This document shows positions 12,399 through 25,300 of a DNA stretch of 64,000 nt, one piece after another. The DNA is taken from contig CM074820.1 in NCBI GenBank assembly GCA_037447605.1, positions 2,046,001 through 2,110,000 of the forward strand. The letters are read 5' to 3'. Within the stretch, counting starts at the first letter, position 1; the number at the start of each line of letters is the position of its first letter. The notes under the pieces were generated by a model. The model had not been told where the DNA came from and did no database searches. It worked only from the letters and a program-made list of their open reading frames with translations. The translations under genes were made by a program, and so were the position numbers. This DNA is from Zygnema circumcarinatum SAG 698-1b. Taxonomy: Eukaryota > Plantae > Zygnematophyceae.

Positions 12399-12446
12399 CA
12401 GATCAACAAATCTGCAGATCAACAAAGCTGCAGATCAACAAATCTG
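12399..12446. repeat. Three tandem 16-bp units CAGATCAACAAA(T/G)CTG
   Basis: Units at 12399, 12415 and 12431. Units 1 and 3 are perfect dyads CAGAT-N6-ATCTG. Confidence 0.9.
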
Positions 12447-14495
12447 TCCCCAAGATTTTACCAGATTTGAAGCTACGAGAATTTCCGAGGCCGGGAATCC
12501 TGCAGTCCGTGTCGGCTCCCCCACGTGCCACCAGAAGGGCCACGTCTGCTCGCCAGCTGGCACAATACGGTAAATTTGCAAAGCGCGCCGAAATCAGGAC
12601 ACGTGGTGGAACAGGGACCGTCCCAAAGGGACCGGCTCCGAGCTGGGTGAAAGCCCGGGTTTTGTGGGATCGGGGGCGGAGATCTGGACGGCTGAGATTA
12701 CAGGATGCGGTCAAGAACGGTCAGGATCCAAGGACTGTCAGGGTCCGGATCCGGCCTGGGATACCTTTGGGTGGCCGAGACGAATGGGAGGGCGCCACGT
12801 CATCCCTAGTTTGAAGCTCGTTCGGCCGATTATCCGTGGTGGATTTCTAGCCTCAGACTGGGGAGCCACTGGGGAGCTTTGTCGTTTTTGGTTCGTGGTG
12901 GATCGAGACGTACGGTGTGATTCGGCTGTGCTGTACGAATCAAGAAAGACAAAGATGGAATAAATTCGGGGTCATAAGAGAATCTGATCCGGAAGGTCGA
13001 TTTCTGGTATCAGAACGAATCAGCAGGTGCCACGTGGATTCGACACATGGTTCCGTTCAGATCTCTGTGGAAATTTGTAGAACTGTAACTTTGGCGTTCG
13101 TTGCCTTTAAAAAGCCACGGCTGCGATTGGTCGTGCCGTACGCCCCAATGTTTAACCGCCAGCAAGCTGGCAAACTGCTGTTCGTACAACAATTTCATGA
13201 CGTCACTCTTCCCCTTCCAGCCCAGATTCGACCCCCCGATCCAAAATTTCCGAATCCACCCTCCACAGTTCCCAGATCCACCCAAATCCCTTTCCGGTCG
13301 CGGTCCACGATTTGCAATCACCCGCAACTTCCAACAATCGTGTACACGTGGCATTCTCCCATTGGTTTTGGCCCCGGAATTTCTGGCCGTTGATACGCGG
13401 CGACCTGCTGGCCGCCGAACGTGCGCTGTACGGAATATTTGAGGCTGCGTATACCCCATTTGGTGCGATTGTATTTGGTTTTTTCTTGCGAATTACGGAC
13501 CTGATCTTGGGGGCGCGGATTGCGGGCAGATTTTGACGGGCGGCAATTTTGGCGGATCGGACCCGCTGGGATTCGCAAATCTGGCGCAGAGCTGGACACG
13601 TGTCAGCATCTGTACGGCTGCTGGTACTTCCAATGACCGCCCAGTGGACTTTTCTGCGTGGAATCAAGGTTTCAAGCTGCCCGGAGTTTGGAAACGGACT
13701 ATACATGGTATTAGTTTTGGACATAGAAGAGGGTTACAAAAACATGTCCTGTGGATTGAGAAAGTTTTTACCGTTTTCGGGGGAAACTTTGATTGGCTGG
13801 AAATTGCCCTTAAACCGACGTTGGCTCAAAGGCGAATACCTTTTCTGCCCGTGAATGTTTTTTCCCACAGCAATGTAATTTTTTACGTTTTATTTTGAAT
13901 TTTTGGGAGTTTAAAGAATTTTTTGCGTGGTCTTGAAAGGAAAGCCCTGAGACACAGCGTAGCCGATGGAGGAGGCAGACGACATTGCCATTTTTTAGTT
14001 TTCAGTTTCCAGTTTCTGGTTTTTGATCTCTTGCAGGCCGTGTAGAAGTTAACCTGGAAGCAGCGTCTGCAGAAAGGCAAGCCGAAAAGCAGCAGGAAAC
14101 GGAAAAGGAAACCCGCAAAGCTGCAACACCTTGACTGATCTCTACCATTCAAAAGACAAAGATTAAAAGAAAACAAAAATCTTGAAGTCTTTGACAGCCG
14201 CGGAAGAGCCCCTCCTGAACGGAAGCTTGCAGCTTCTCTCCTTGTTTCCCCTTCCCTATGCTCTGGTTTTCAGTACCTTTAGCCTCCTTTCAAGTATTTT
14301 TTCGCCCTTTTGATTCCGGAGCCGTTTAGGGCTTCCAGAGTCCGATTACTGCCGGGCGTGCGGCGCACATGTGAGTGCTTTTTTTCTTCTTCTCTCCCTG
14401 CCCCTTTTTTTGACTTTTTGAGGTGCATGTGGGCGGCCTGTTCTCCATTGATCCACAGGGTGGCACTGCAATGAGGGTGCCTTGGCTAGATTGGA

Positions 14496-14549
14496 CCAAT
14501 CACAATGTGCCACGTCAGGAACCATGCGAACGTGGCACGCCCGGATTGG
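14496..14549. promoter_or_regulatory. Dyad of two inverted CCAAT-N9-CCACG (ERSE-I-like) elements upstream of the large + strand gene
   Basis: CCAAT 14496-14500 + N9 + CCACG 14510-14514 on +. CGTGG 14531-14535 + N9 + ATTGG 14545-14549 is the same motif on -. Confidence 0.6.
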
Positions 14550-16382
14550 CTTTTGCTAAACAACGTACCTTCATTGGCATTTTCAGAATATTGTGATTAG
14601 GAGGTGCAACAAGCTTTAAAGAATCGAGAAGCTTGACTGGTGCTTGCTTGCTTGCGGATGCTTTTGAAAATGCCAAAAAGAACAATGAAATCTTTTTCTT
14701 TCTTGACAAAACAAGATTGTACACAGCTGGCTGGTCCCTTAAAGCTGTACGAAATTCTGTAAAGAGCAATTATGTCTCAGTACGAGAGAAGGAGCTGTAG
14801 GGGGAGAGGGAAAGGGAGGTTCGTCTGATGGGAGGATCGAGTGTTCTTTATTCCTCGACTTTTATCTCTCCAAGGCCTGCGCTACTTCTCACCATCACTT
14901 TTCTCCTTCCCTGTAATGCGGCCATTACCACGATTAAGCATTTTTATGGTGTAGACAGCTGGAAACTGCGACTCCAATCTTCAGAGATTCTTGTTTCTCA
15001 CTCTCTCTCACACACACTTTCTCTTTGTTTTTCGCCACGCGCTCTTCTGTCTCTCGCCCCTATCTCTTCTGTCGTTCTACCCTCACTTTCTCATTGGTCG
15101 TACTCTCTCCCTCTCGTCTGTCGCTCTCTTTCTCTTTCTCTCGCAACCACACACACACACGCACGATTCTGCTGCTCACAGTTTCAAGGGGGTAGGTCTG
15201 AACTGCAGATATTAGGGTTGAAAAGGCATAAGTGTAGAGCAGCTTGATGATGAGATCAGGATGCTTTTCCTTTCCTGCTATTCACAATTTTATTTCTCTT
15301 TGAATTCTGTATTTAGGGTCGTACTGGAGTATTTTTTTTTAAGGTGCCATATAAGAGTGTGTATATGAGAAATGACATATGAGTATAAAATTATATACGT
15401 CCATATACGTATGTATGGTCATATGATTTTTTTCTCATATTTTAATATATGAGTATATCTATCGATCGATCGATGTTCATCTTTCACTATTTCTATTGAA
15501 TCCCCTAGTTCATACATCATGGTATATCAAATATGTACAAATTACACATGTATGTATATTCATATACAAGTATGAAATATACAAACATCAATACAAATAC
15601 ATGTATATCCAAATCATGTCCTTGTTTCAACCTTCAGTAACAACTTGTATGGTATGAATATAGTCCAGTATGACTGTGCTGCTTGACATGAGAAGGTCAC
15701 CGTTGAATCGCGACGAGTGGCACGGGAAAGTCTGTGAAAATGATGTTCTAAACTTGCGTAGAGCAATCCATCTCAGCGATGAGCGTTAGCACGCGCATGT
15801 ATTTGCTTCATTTTCTGGTTCGAAATGTCGAGAGGAGAGAGGAAGGGAGGGACGGAGGGAGGGCTGGAGGGGAGAGGGAGGGGTGGAGGAGTGAGGGAGG
15901 GAGGGCGAGGGAGGGAGGGAAAGAGGGAAGGACGGACGAGGAAGGCAGGGGGNNNNNNNNNNAGGGAGGGAGGGAGGGAGGAGGTGGAAGGGAGAGAGGG
16001 AGGGTGGGTGGGAGGAAGGGAAATTAGAGTTGGGGAAGGAGGGATGTGGAGGGAGGGGAAGGGGTGGGGAGGGAGAAAGGGAGGGTCGGAGGAAGTGAAA
16101 TTAGAGTTGGGGAAGGAGGGAGGGGGGGGAGGGGAAGGGGTGGGAAGGGAGGGAGGGTGGGAGGGAGGGAGTGAGGAGGGAATGTAATTTGGGTTCGCGA
16201 TGCCAGTATGCAGTAAACTTGAATTTGTGCAAGCTTTTCGAATCAAACCCTTAATGCTATTGGAAGGTCATCTTTTGGAATCATGGATTCCAGCTGTACT
16301 GCCTTTGTGCCTGATTCGATTATTTTGTCAATGCGCATGCATGTCCTTGCAGGAATCGCTAAAGTTGTTGCAGCAGAATCTT

Positions 16383-19300
16383 ATGAAGCATTCCGATCAT
16401 CAAAAAGTGAATAAAGCAGGAGCTTCTTTTGAGCGAAGGTGAGGTCCAGTTCCAACCGTGGAAAAGGACGGCAGACTACTTCTCGGCTCAACCAACCAAC
16501 CAGAATAGGGGCCAAGTCACCTTCTCCTTCACCTCCGGGAGGAGGCGGACATGGGCTGCTTGGCTTGGAAGAGAAGGCCTTGCGGGTGACTCACAGAAGG
16601 CAGGGAATTGCGCAGCTGGAGAGGTTTAGGCTGCAGGAATTGCGCGACTTTGAGCAAAGAGTTGCGGAGACAGGTGCAAAAAACTCTAAAAATTCTCCAT
16701 TTCTGTCAGATCCCATCTCAATTCCAGCTCAGGAGACTCCTGCATACCTTCCCTCGTCCTTTAACAGCGGGCATTACCTTCCTTCAGCATCTGCGGATGT
16801 AGGTTTCACTTCGGCAGCCTATTCGTCGAGGTATGTTGTTTCAGTTTGTGCAGACAACTATCCATTAATTCAGTACTTGATCCATTCATTCGTTCTTTGC
16901 ACAAGCGCAGTCACTGGTGGTGGGATTCATTTAAAAATACGATTAGTAGTACTGATTCGTTCGACGTGCTATAGTGGTTAATCATAATGTTCGGTGCTTT
17001 TCTTGCACCTTGCAGAGAGGGTTTGCAGACTCAGGAGGCCCCTGGAGGGCAAGGGCTCGAAAGCAGGCTGGCGGTGGTACGCCCCTCGTCCGATACTGTG
17101 AGCTCTCTAATATGGCTTTTATTGGTCCTTAATCCTCATTGATCTTGTGTATGCCAGTCACTTTCTTCTTATTCCTTATCCCTCTCATTCTTTACAGTTG
17201 GATAGTCTTGAATTTGAAAGGTCTATCCACCTCTTAAGTTCTTCACAACAGATGCGTGAGTGAAAAGGTGGCAGATTCGCCTTATATCTTTTCTGAGCTG
17301 AACTTCCCATGAAGATAATGTCCAATACTTGCTGAAAAAAACAACTTCTCTCATTCGTGTGTGGCGATTTGCAGAGGAATGGAGTGACAGGATTGTCCCC
17401 TTTGTTGAGAGAAGGCTGGGGGGTCCCCTCTAGTCGGAGCCAAGGTGCTCAGCAACTTTCTATCCTACAGTCTGCCCCGGGACATTCAGCAGGAGGAGAG
17501 GGGTATCGGAACAATTCCGCAATTGGACAGTCTCTTCTTCAGCAGGCAGATCAGCCCCCCCTTGGAAGGTGAGGACAATTTCAACGTGACCTTTTGTTGG
17601 TTTAATGTATGAAATCCATCTCAAATGTGCGGATGCGGATAGATTTTTTTTTCGCGTGCTTTCTGTAAACGAGTATCCTGAGCCGTCATTCCAACACGAG
17701 GAAGCATTCCTCTGTTGTGTAGATTACTACCAGCTTCAAGGGTTTTTTAGGTGTGATCGAAGGCGAGTTCTTTCTGTTTGGGCCCACAGGGTTACGCTTT
17801 AAGCGATTGTGCTTTAAGCATGTCAATGTTGTTATGTTATATCCTTGTGTCGAACAGATGGGTACATCAATTACAGTCCTAATGGCACTGAGTTTTGAGT
17901 CATTATGTGGGGGCTGCTGTGCAGAGAAATTTACTCACGCTCAGAGGATGTACGATACCATCCATCTTCTTCACACGACTTAATTGACAGGAGGAGAGAA
18001 CAATCTTTTCTCGATGGTTCATTGGCTGGGAGAACGCCTTCAGAGGCAGGATACTTGGATTCCCTCACTCGACGGTCGGATGAGCGACAAATGGCAGGAT
18101 ATCGAGCCCTTGATGTGCCAAGAAACGACCGGGGATTGGACCGAGGGGGTAGCTCAGAAAGGAGAATACTTGGATTTGGTGACACATCACAGAATGGGTC
18201 CCACAGATTGATAGATGATCTCTTAGCTAGAGATAGGGAAGGCGGTGGTGCCTCTAGCCTGCCTTTCAAATCGTCGTTTGATGGAGGGTGGAGGGGGCCT
18301 GCAAGTCTCTCCGATCCGGGTCTCAGGGGGTTGTCTCAAACTGGGCTTGGGGGGATATATGGGTCTCCTTTAAGTGTAGAAGCGGAAAGGATGCTCGCTT
18401 TAGGGCATGAAAGAAGGGGAGATTTTGGACGGCTTGAAAGCTTCTCTGGAGGATCCGGATTGGGGCAATCTGTGGGAAGGGGAGCAGACATTTTGGCAGA
18501 ACTTGGCGTTCCTCCAATGGGAAGACCGTTGGGTCAAAGGACTGATACGTGGCAGGAAGATTGGGATCGAAGAGGAGGATCAGATTCAAATTTGTTGAGA
18601 GCTCAGAAGGCAGTGCAAGACATGCAGGCCAACATGCTGCGATACTTTGGGCCTGTAGTTATGGGCAAACTCCAAAGGCTCATCATGGAGCAGGTGCATT
18701 TCTAGATGCTATGGCAAGTTAACTATGTGAAGTTCTCTCTATTCATTTCCAGTCCTCTGTTCACAGAAAGGATACGGCGGGAACCCAGGGTCTTAATCCT
18801 AGTCGTTGGTTATGCAAAGGGAAAGGACTGAAATGCTCGTGTAATGTATAGCGGTCTTCCCATTTATCACTTAGAAACTTGAAGCGAAGTTCTCTTTCTG
18901 GGGACGGGGGGATGTCTATGTTGATGCATGATAATATGGCTATTTGTCTCATTTTCATTTTTAATCTATTATCAGGACATGGTACATGCGGAGCAAGTAC
19001 GGGCATTGCATATAGCATACAAGGTGAGAAGCTTTGGCTATACTCAAATTCGAAGACCCTAATGTTCCTTTAGGTGACTCAGCTAGAGAAACTTGTCTCC
19101 TCAAAATGGTTCAAGTACAAGGCTTCGATATAACGTTGAACTGATGCGTAGCCCTAACTTGGTGTATAGGTTTGTCTAAGGCCTAGACTGTGTCTCGTTT
19201 CTTATCTCTGTTTTCCACATTTTGGCATTCCTTTAATTGCCTCTTTCTTCTCTGCCCATTGTTCAGCGCCAACGGCAAATTGTTGCCGAATTACAATCGC

Positions 19301-22300
19301 TTGAAGCGGCTACGCAAGATCCAAGAGGGGCTGTTGGAAGAGATCTTTGGGGAGATCACCGACGAGGAAATTTGGGCCTTCATTCGAGCCTCAGTTACGG
19401 GGAGGTGTGTAATCAGTTGAATCAATTGAACTGACATGCATTTGATGAAATCACAGGTTTGCCAAACCTGCAAGGTTGACAGTGATTATTTTCAGTCCCA
19501 TCCACAACGTGTTACCCTTCTTTTGCTGTGCTTAAAAGACATTCTCTTCTATTATATAGCTGAACATGCTGTACCTTCTTCGGCAATGTTCTAAATCTTC
19601 CATTACCTCGCTGACTTACATGATAGGTTGCCATGATTATTGCACTTATTTCAGAATGCTGTGGATCGAAATACAGTAGCTTCTTCGATAGTCTCGTGTG
19701 TTGCATGTGGCGTATGTCAACTTGAAATTTGAGGAATGTACGCTTCTGCCGTGAAATACTTCAGGTGGCTATAGGGCGGACTGAAGCAGACAATTCCTTA
19801 AGCAAGGTGGAGGCTGTAGAACGGACGGAGGATAGCAAACCGGTGAGTTATGGGATTTTTTATTTCATAGTTATATCATTTCATGGCAAGCGAGACCTCG
19901 TCATCAGCAGGGATGGTTTGATACTTCATCATCAGTATATTGCTCTCGGCCTTTTTTGTGGCTTGAAACGCTGTAGTAGTATTAGTGAAGTTTACAAGTG
20001 TAATAGCTTAAATTTACGTAGAATAAGCTTCACTTAGAAATGAAATGAAATGTAAAAATGTAAGAAATGAAATGTAAGCCTTGGTTAACCCTAGCTAACC
20101 TTTGCTTGTTAACACTTTGTTGGCCATTTACAGAAAGGGAAAGTCGACCGGGAGGTCCGACCGAGGCTTGATCTGGCAGATCTGCAAATGTTCATACGCC
20201 CGGGAGATGAAGGCAGTCAGGTGCATTTCTTAGTTATTATTTGAAGCGTAATTGGAACGCCAAAGAATTACCTGCATTCATCCTTGTAGGCTCACATGCA
20301 CAGAGAAAGTTAGGACACAGTATATGGGGTACACTGCAATTCTGAAACCACAGAGTTTTGTCTAATTTCTCCTACTCTTTCTCTCCTCTACTTGTGATGG
20401 AGGGATTGCAGAAAGTAAGTGGGAAGTCAGAAAGACGAGTTCGTCCGAAGCTTGATCCTGAAGAGGTAAGAGGCGAGCTTCGTTCACCCTTAAGGAGAAA
20501 AGGGACATGTGCAGGTCTGGTCTGTTGCAGGCCATTCATGCTGAAGGAAAGGTAGAGGAAATCGGGCTTCATTCATTAGCTCATTGCTTATTCCAGAAAC
20601 TTCTTATCCTTCAAATTTTGCTTTCAGTTGAAAAGCTTGAGCTGAAAGTGACGATGGTATCAGTCGCCAACGCTGTGGGGTAGCCATCAAATTTGCCCTT
20701 TTTGGTTGGAAGTTGTACTTTTGACTTGTTGTCTCAATTGAACGAATAGCTGTTTGCATTTTCAGCATAAGTCTTACCAATGCTAAAGCTTGATGTTGTT
20801 CTGTTTGTTGATGTTTGACTCACACAGAAAGCAGCCATAAAAGCTGAAAAGGAAATTCGGCCAAGGCTAGATCTGGCGGAGCTGCAGATCTTCATACGAC
20901 CAGGAGAAGAGGGCAGCCTGGTAATTTCTGGCCAATCAATAATGGTTACTTTTGAGAGGAACAAGAGGGGGGAAGAGAGCGAGAGAAAGAGAGGGGGAGG
21001 GAATGGAAGAAGGAGAGGACGAGTGAAGGAAGAAGGTGAGGGAGGGGACGAGGGAGGGAGAGGGAGAGGGAGAGGGAGAGGGAGAGGGAGAGAGAGGGAG
21101 NNNNNNNNNNGGTTGTGCGATTGTGTTCAGTTCTTCGAGTAAGCCTCTTAAAATAAGCATTGTAATCACTCCTATTAACCCAAGTACTTTAGGACGTGGA
21201 TGTGCCATTTGTCAGCTCATGAATCATTCATGTGATTTTGAATTACGCGACCGAAAAGGATTTTCTATGCACCAATAACGCTGTCACTCTTTCTGTGATT
21301 TGAAAAAAAAACATGGCAGTTTATATTCTCCCATCAGCCCTAGCTGACTAGTTAGCCATGACTTGGGTGGGCATTTGCAGAAGGGCACAGGAAAGGAGCG
21401 GAGAGTGCTGCCTAAAGTGAACCTTGAAGAGGTGAGAATTTCAATACATGCAGAGGTTGAGATCCCCCCTCAATGCTAATTCTGCTGTCCGAAGAAAAAA
21501 ATTAAGTTGAATACGGGCTGTTGGAGACCATGTCACATCCATTCAGATAGTTAGCGGTCCTAGTTGCCAGTCTGACTAGTAGTATAGCTATCCTTGTGGC
21601 TTACAGAAAGCTCAAGGAAGGCCAGGCACCTGGACGAAATTGGATCTTTCTGAGCTGCAAATGTGTATATACCCAGGAGAAGAGGTATATAGCTGGCTAT
21701 GCTGCTAATTTCAAGTTAAATTACAAGCACTCACATGCAATCGTTGAGTTATACAAACACAAGACTGCTGGTCAATTAACATGACTCCTCAACCCCTCTC
21801 ACAGGCAAATGGTTCCCGTCACAATGTGTGGAAGTTGTGTCATTATTAATTAGATCTGTTCATTCCATGGTTGAGAAGAGGGGTTTGCAGAAAGCAGGAG
21901 TGAGGGCAGTCAGGGAAGTGAAGCAAAAGATAGAGGCTTTGACTCGCTCGGGAGATCAAAGTAGCCAGGTGGGGTTCTGGGCACATGGAAAAACTCGCTT
22001 TGAAGAAATATGAGAGTGGATAATTCATTCAATGTTGAGTCCTTGAGAGTTTAAAAAACATTAAACCGGAGTCATGGGCTAAACTAAGGTGTGGTATCTT
22101 GAAGGACGAGCTGATTGGAGAGTCAATGCTTGTCCTTACCGATTTTAGGTAAATTTCTAGGATAAAGTGGCTTGGACTAGTTTCTGCAAGTCCAAATTTT
22201 GGTGCATTTTTAGACGGTTGTCTTGCATATGAATTTCAATGGCACAGAGATTGTGCACCGCTTGTTGCGTTTGTTAGTCAATTTACCTTTTGTCCGGACA

Positions 22301-25300
22301 AAGTTAAGCCCTGTTACTTGAGTTCTTTTACGGTCTTATCCGTGACTTTGAAGAGCTCCCACCAAATGGCCATTTAGAGTTTCTACTCACTACTACTCAC
22401 TGTGTAGTTATTGGTCAAAGTGCTGCATTTTTATTTCTGAAAAAGGTGTTTGCCGCATGCATCATAGTACAAAACCAAACCCTGAAATTATTTAGCCTAA
22501 GAGATTTTGTATTTAAAAAAGTGTTGGGGTTATGCAGAAAGGGCCGCAAAAGGTGGACGGAGAGGAGCGGCGAAATCTGGACCTTGAAGAGCTGCCAATT
22601 GCATTGCGCTCAGAGAAGGAGAGCAGCCAGGTGCAGCTCTGCTTCTTTGTTCATTGCTTTTCTGTAAGACATAAAAGCAGAAGAGAGAGAGAGAGCGCGA
22701 GAGAGGGAGAGGGAGAGGGAGAGGGAGAGGGAGAGGGAGAGGGAGAGGGAGGAGGGAGAGGGAGAGGGAGAGGGAGAGGAGAGGGAGAGGGAGAGGGTGA
22801 GGGAGAGGGAGGAGAGGAGAGGGAGAGGGAGAGGGAGAGGGAGAGGGAGGGAGGGAGAGGGGGAGGGGAGGGAGAGGGGGAGGGGAGGGAGAGGGAGGGA
22901 GGGAGAGGGGAGAGGGCGAGGGGGATGGGGAGGGACTGGAAGAGGGGGAAAGAGGGGGGGGGGGGGGGGTGACGAGATTCTTGCCAGTTTTTCTGATAGG
23001 AAAGCCTCGGTTCTATAGAGGTATCCGCTTCAGAAAAGAGGGAGTGGAATGGATTTTATGTTTGATTGAAATGAAATGAAGTGTTTGCATTCTCATTGCA
23101 TAGTCATTACTCAGTCTCACTAACAGCATAGCTAAAGCTGAGGGGGGGAAAACTGCAGAAAGTGGCAGTCGAGGCTAGCAAGGAAGTGAGGCCAAAACTG
23201 GACCTTGAAGAGATTCCAAATTCGGCACGTGCAGAAGAAGAGAGCCGTCAGGTGCAGCTCTTGCATGCTTTTACATGCTTTATAGAGATGATCCAAATGT
23301 GAATATTGCTACGTTGTAGTTTCTGGTTAGAAAGTTGTATTTGGGGCTAAGTCTTCTGTAACCTTTGTTAAGGGATTCTGCTTGTATCGCTCGAAGGAAA
23401 AAAGGTTGGCCTTACTGCTACTGTTTTTTGTGGTTGAAATAGAGTGCGAGAGAATGCAAGCCTCCCTCTCCCTCTCTCTCTCTCTCTGATCACATTATTT
23501 TGGCTAAGTTGTACGACCATTGTGGCGGCCTTTACAGAAGGTAAAGTCGGACAACGAAGACAACAAAGACAACGAAGTCCGCCCAATTCTGGACCTTGAA
23601 GAGCTTCCAATCGCCACACGTGTGGAAGGAGGGAGCAGTCAGGTGCATATTTCATCCACTTTAAATCACTCATGCTTCATTAAATATGAGCCACAGTGCT
23701 ATTCCCATATATGCTATTCCGGAAACTGTAAACTGTGAGTTTTTCCTCAGATTGGAAAGCATTGGTTTTTTGGCTTTTAAGTCTGTGGAGTTTACGGTCT
23801 TGTGTATTGCAAGCATTTTCAGCTATGCGCAGAAGCAATATCAATGCATCACCGATTTTCATGAAGAGTACCCTCTTCCTTGAACTCATCGCTCGTGATC
23901 CTTGAGCGAACTTTTCAGGGTATAGAGAAGGATGCTGCGAAGGTGGAGACACGTGTGAGTGTGGAGGGGAGCGAGTCTGGGCAGCCCATTGAAAATGTGG
24001 GGAAGAAGGTGAGATATTAATTGCTTCTTGTCATGTCGAGAATAAGAGGCTATCCCGTACTTATTGCACATTAGTATAGACTTTCCTTCGCTCCCACTCC
24101 CATTGCCATTGCCATTGCCATTACCATTACCATTCCCATTCCCATTCCCATTCCCATTCCCATTCCCACTCCCACTCCCACTCCCACTCCCACTCCCACT
24201 CCCACTCCCACTCCCACTCCCACTCCCACTCCCACTCCCACTCCCACTCCCACTCCCTCCCTCCCTCCCACTCCCTCCCTCCCACTCCCACTCCCTCCCT
24301 CCCTCCCTCCCTCCCTCCCTCCCTCCCACTCCCACTCCCACTCCCACTCCCTCCCTCCCTCCCACTCCCTCCCACTCCCTCCCTCCCTCCCTCCCTCCCA
24401 CTCCCTCCCACTCCCTCCCTCCCTCCCTCCCTCCCACTCCCACTCCCACTCCCACTCCGTTTCCATTATGTCTGCTTAATATAGAAGCACCCCAACTTGC
24501 ATCTACAGGAGTTAGGTGAAGCAAGTATCGCTGATTCTGGAGAAGCTGAGGAGTTAAATAAGGCCGAGCCAAGTCTTGAAGGAGAAAGGGGAGAAAAGAG
24601 CGCAAGTCAGATCTCTCTATTGACTTCACCTATGGAGGTTGAAACTGAGAAGCTGACACGGAAAAGGAAGGCGATGGAAGAAAGCACTCGGAATGAAGAG
24701 TTGGATGCTGGAAATGGAAAAGGAAGCGAAGATGTGGGGAATGTAGAAGTTGAAAAGTCAGTGGAGGATAAACAAGGGAATATCAGAGTAAATCCAATTC
24801 TGAATTCTGAACAGCAGCAAGTCACCACACATGAAGGGAGCAACCAGGTGAAGCTCTCGCATGTTGTGAATGTCGTTTTCTTGGTCGAGTAAGAAAATTA
24901 CATGACCAATTCCTGCATGTTAATTTCTGAGACTCATTATTGCATCATGGTTTGTGTGGGGGCTGAACTTGCAGGGGTTAAATGCAGAAACTATTAACAG
25001 GGAGGCAGTCGAGCAGTTCACTAGCAGTGAAACTTTTGGTGCTGAAGGGCCCCTTACTGGAGGTGTTGAGAAGCAGGTGCAATATACCCTTTGAATATTC
25101 ATATTAGCCATATTCATTAACTCTTATTCAATTCCAATTTTACACCGAAATCGAGGCTTCTAGTAAGATGTTTGCTGCTCACATGAGGCTTATGAGCCGT
25201 CCATTTGCATATAGTCATATAGTCATATCTGAAGGCACATTTCTGACTGATTTCCGTCCTTCTACTGCTCTTGCATATTTTTGGATTGCAGGAAGGAACT

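Noticed and set aside
5709-12446. CRISPR-like interpretation of the spaced repeats
   Set aside because: The repeats are directly tandem without unique spacers, there are no cas genes, and the DNA is eukaryotic.
14828-15247. 139-aa ORF ahead of the mini-exon gene
   Set aside because: CT/CA-rich composition typical of a 5' UTR and first intron. At most a uORF.
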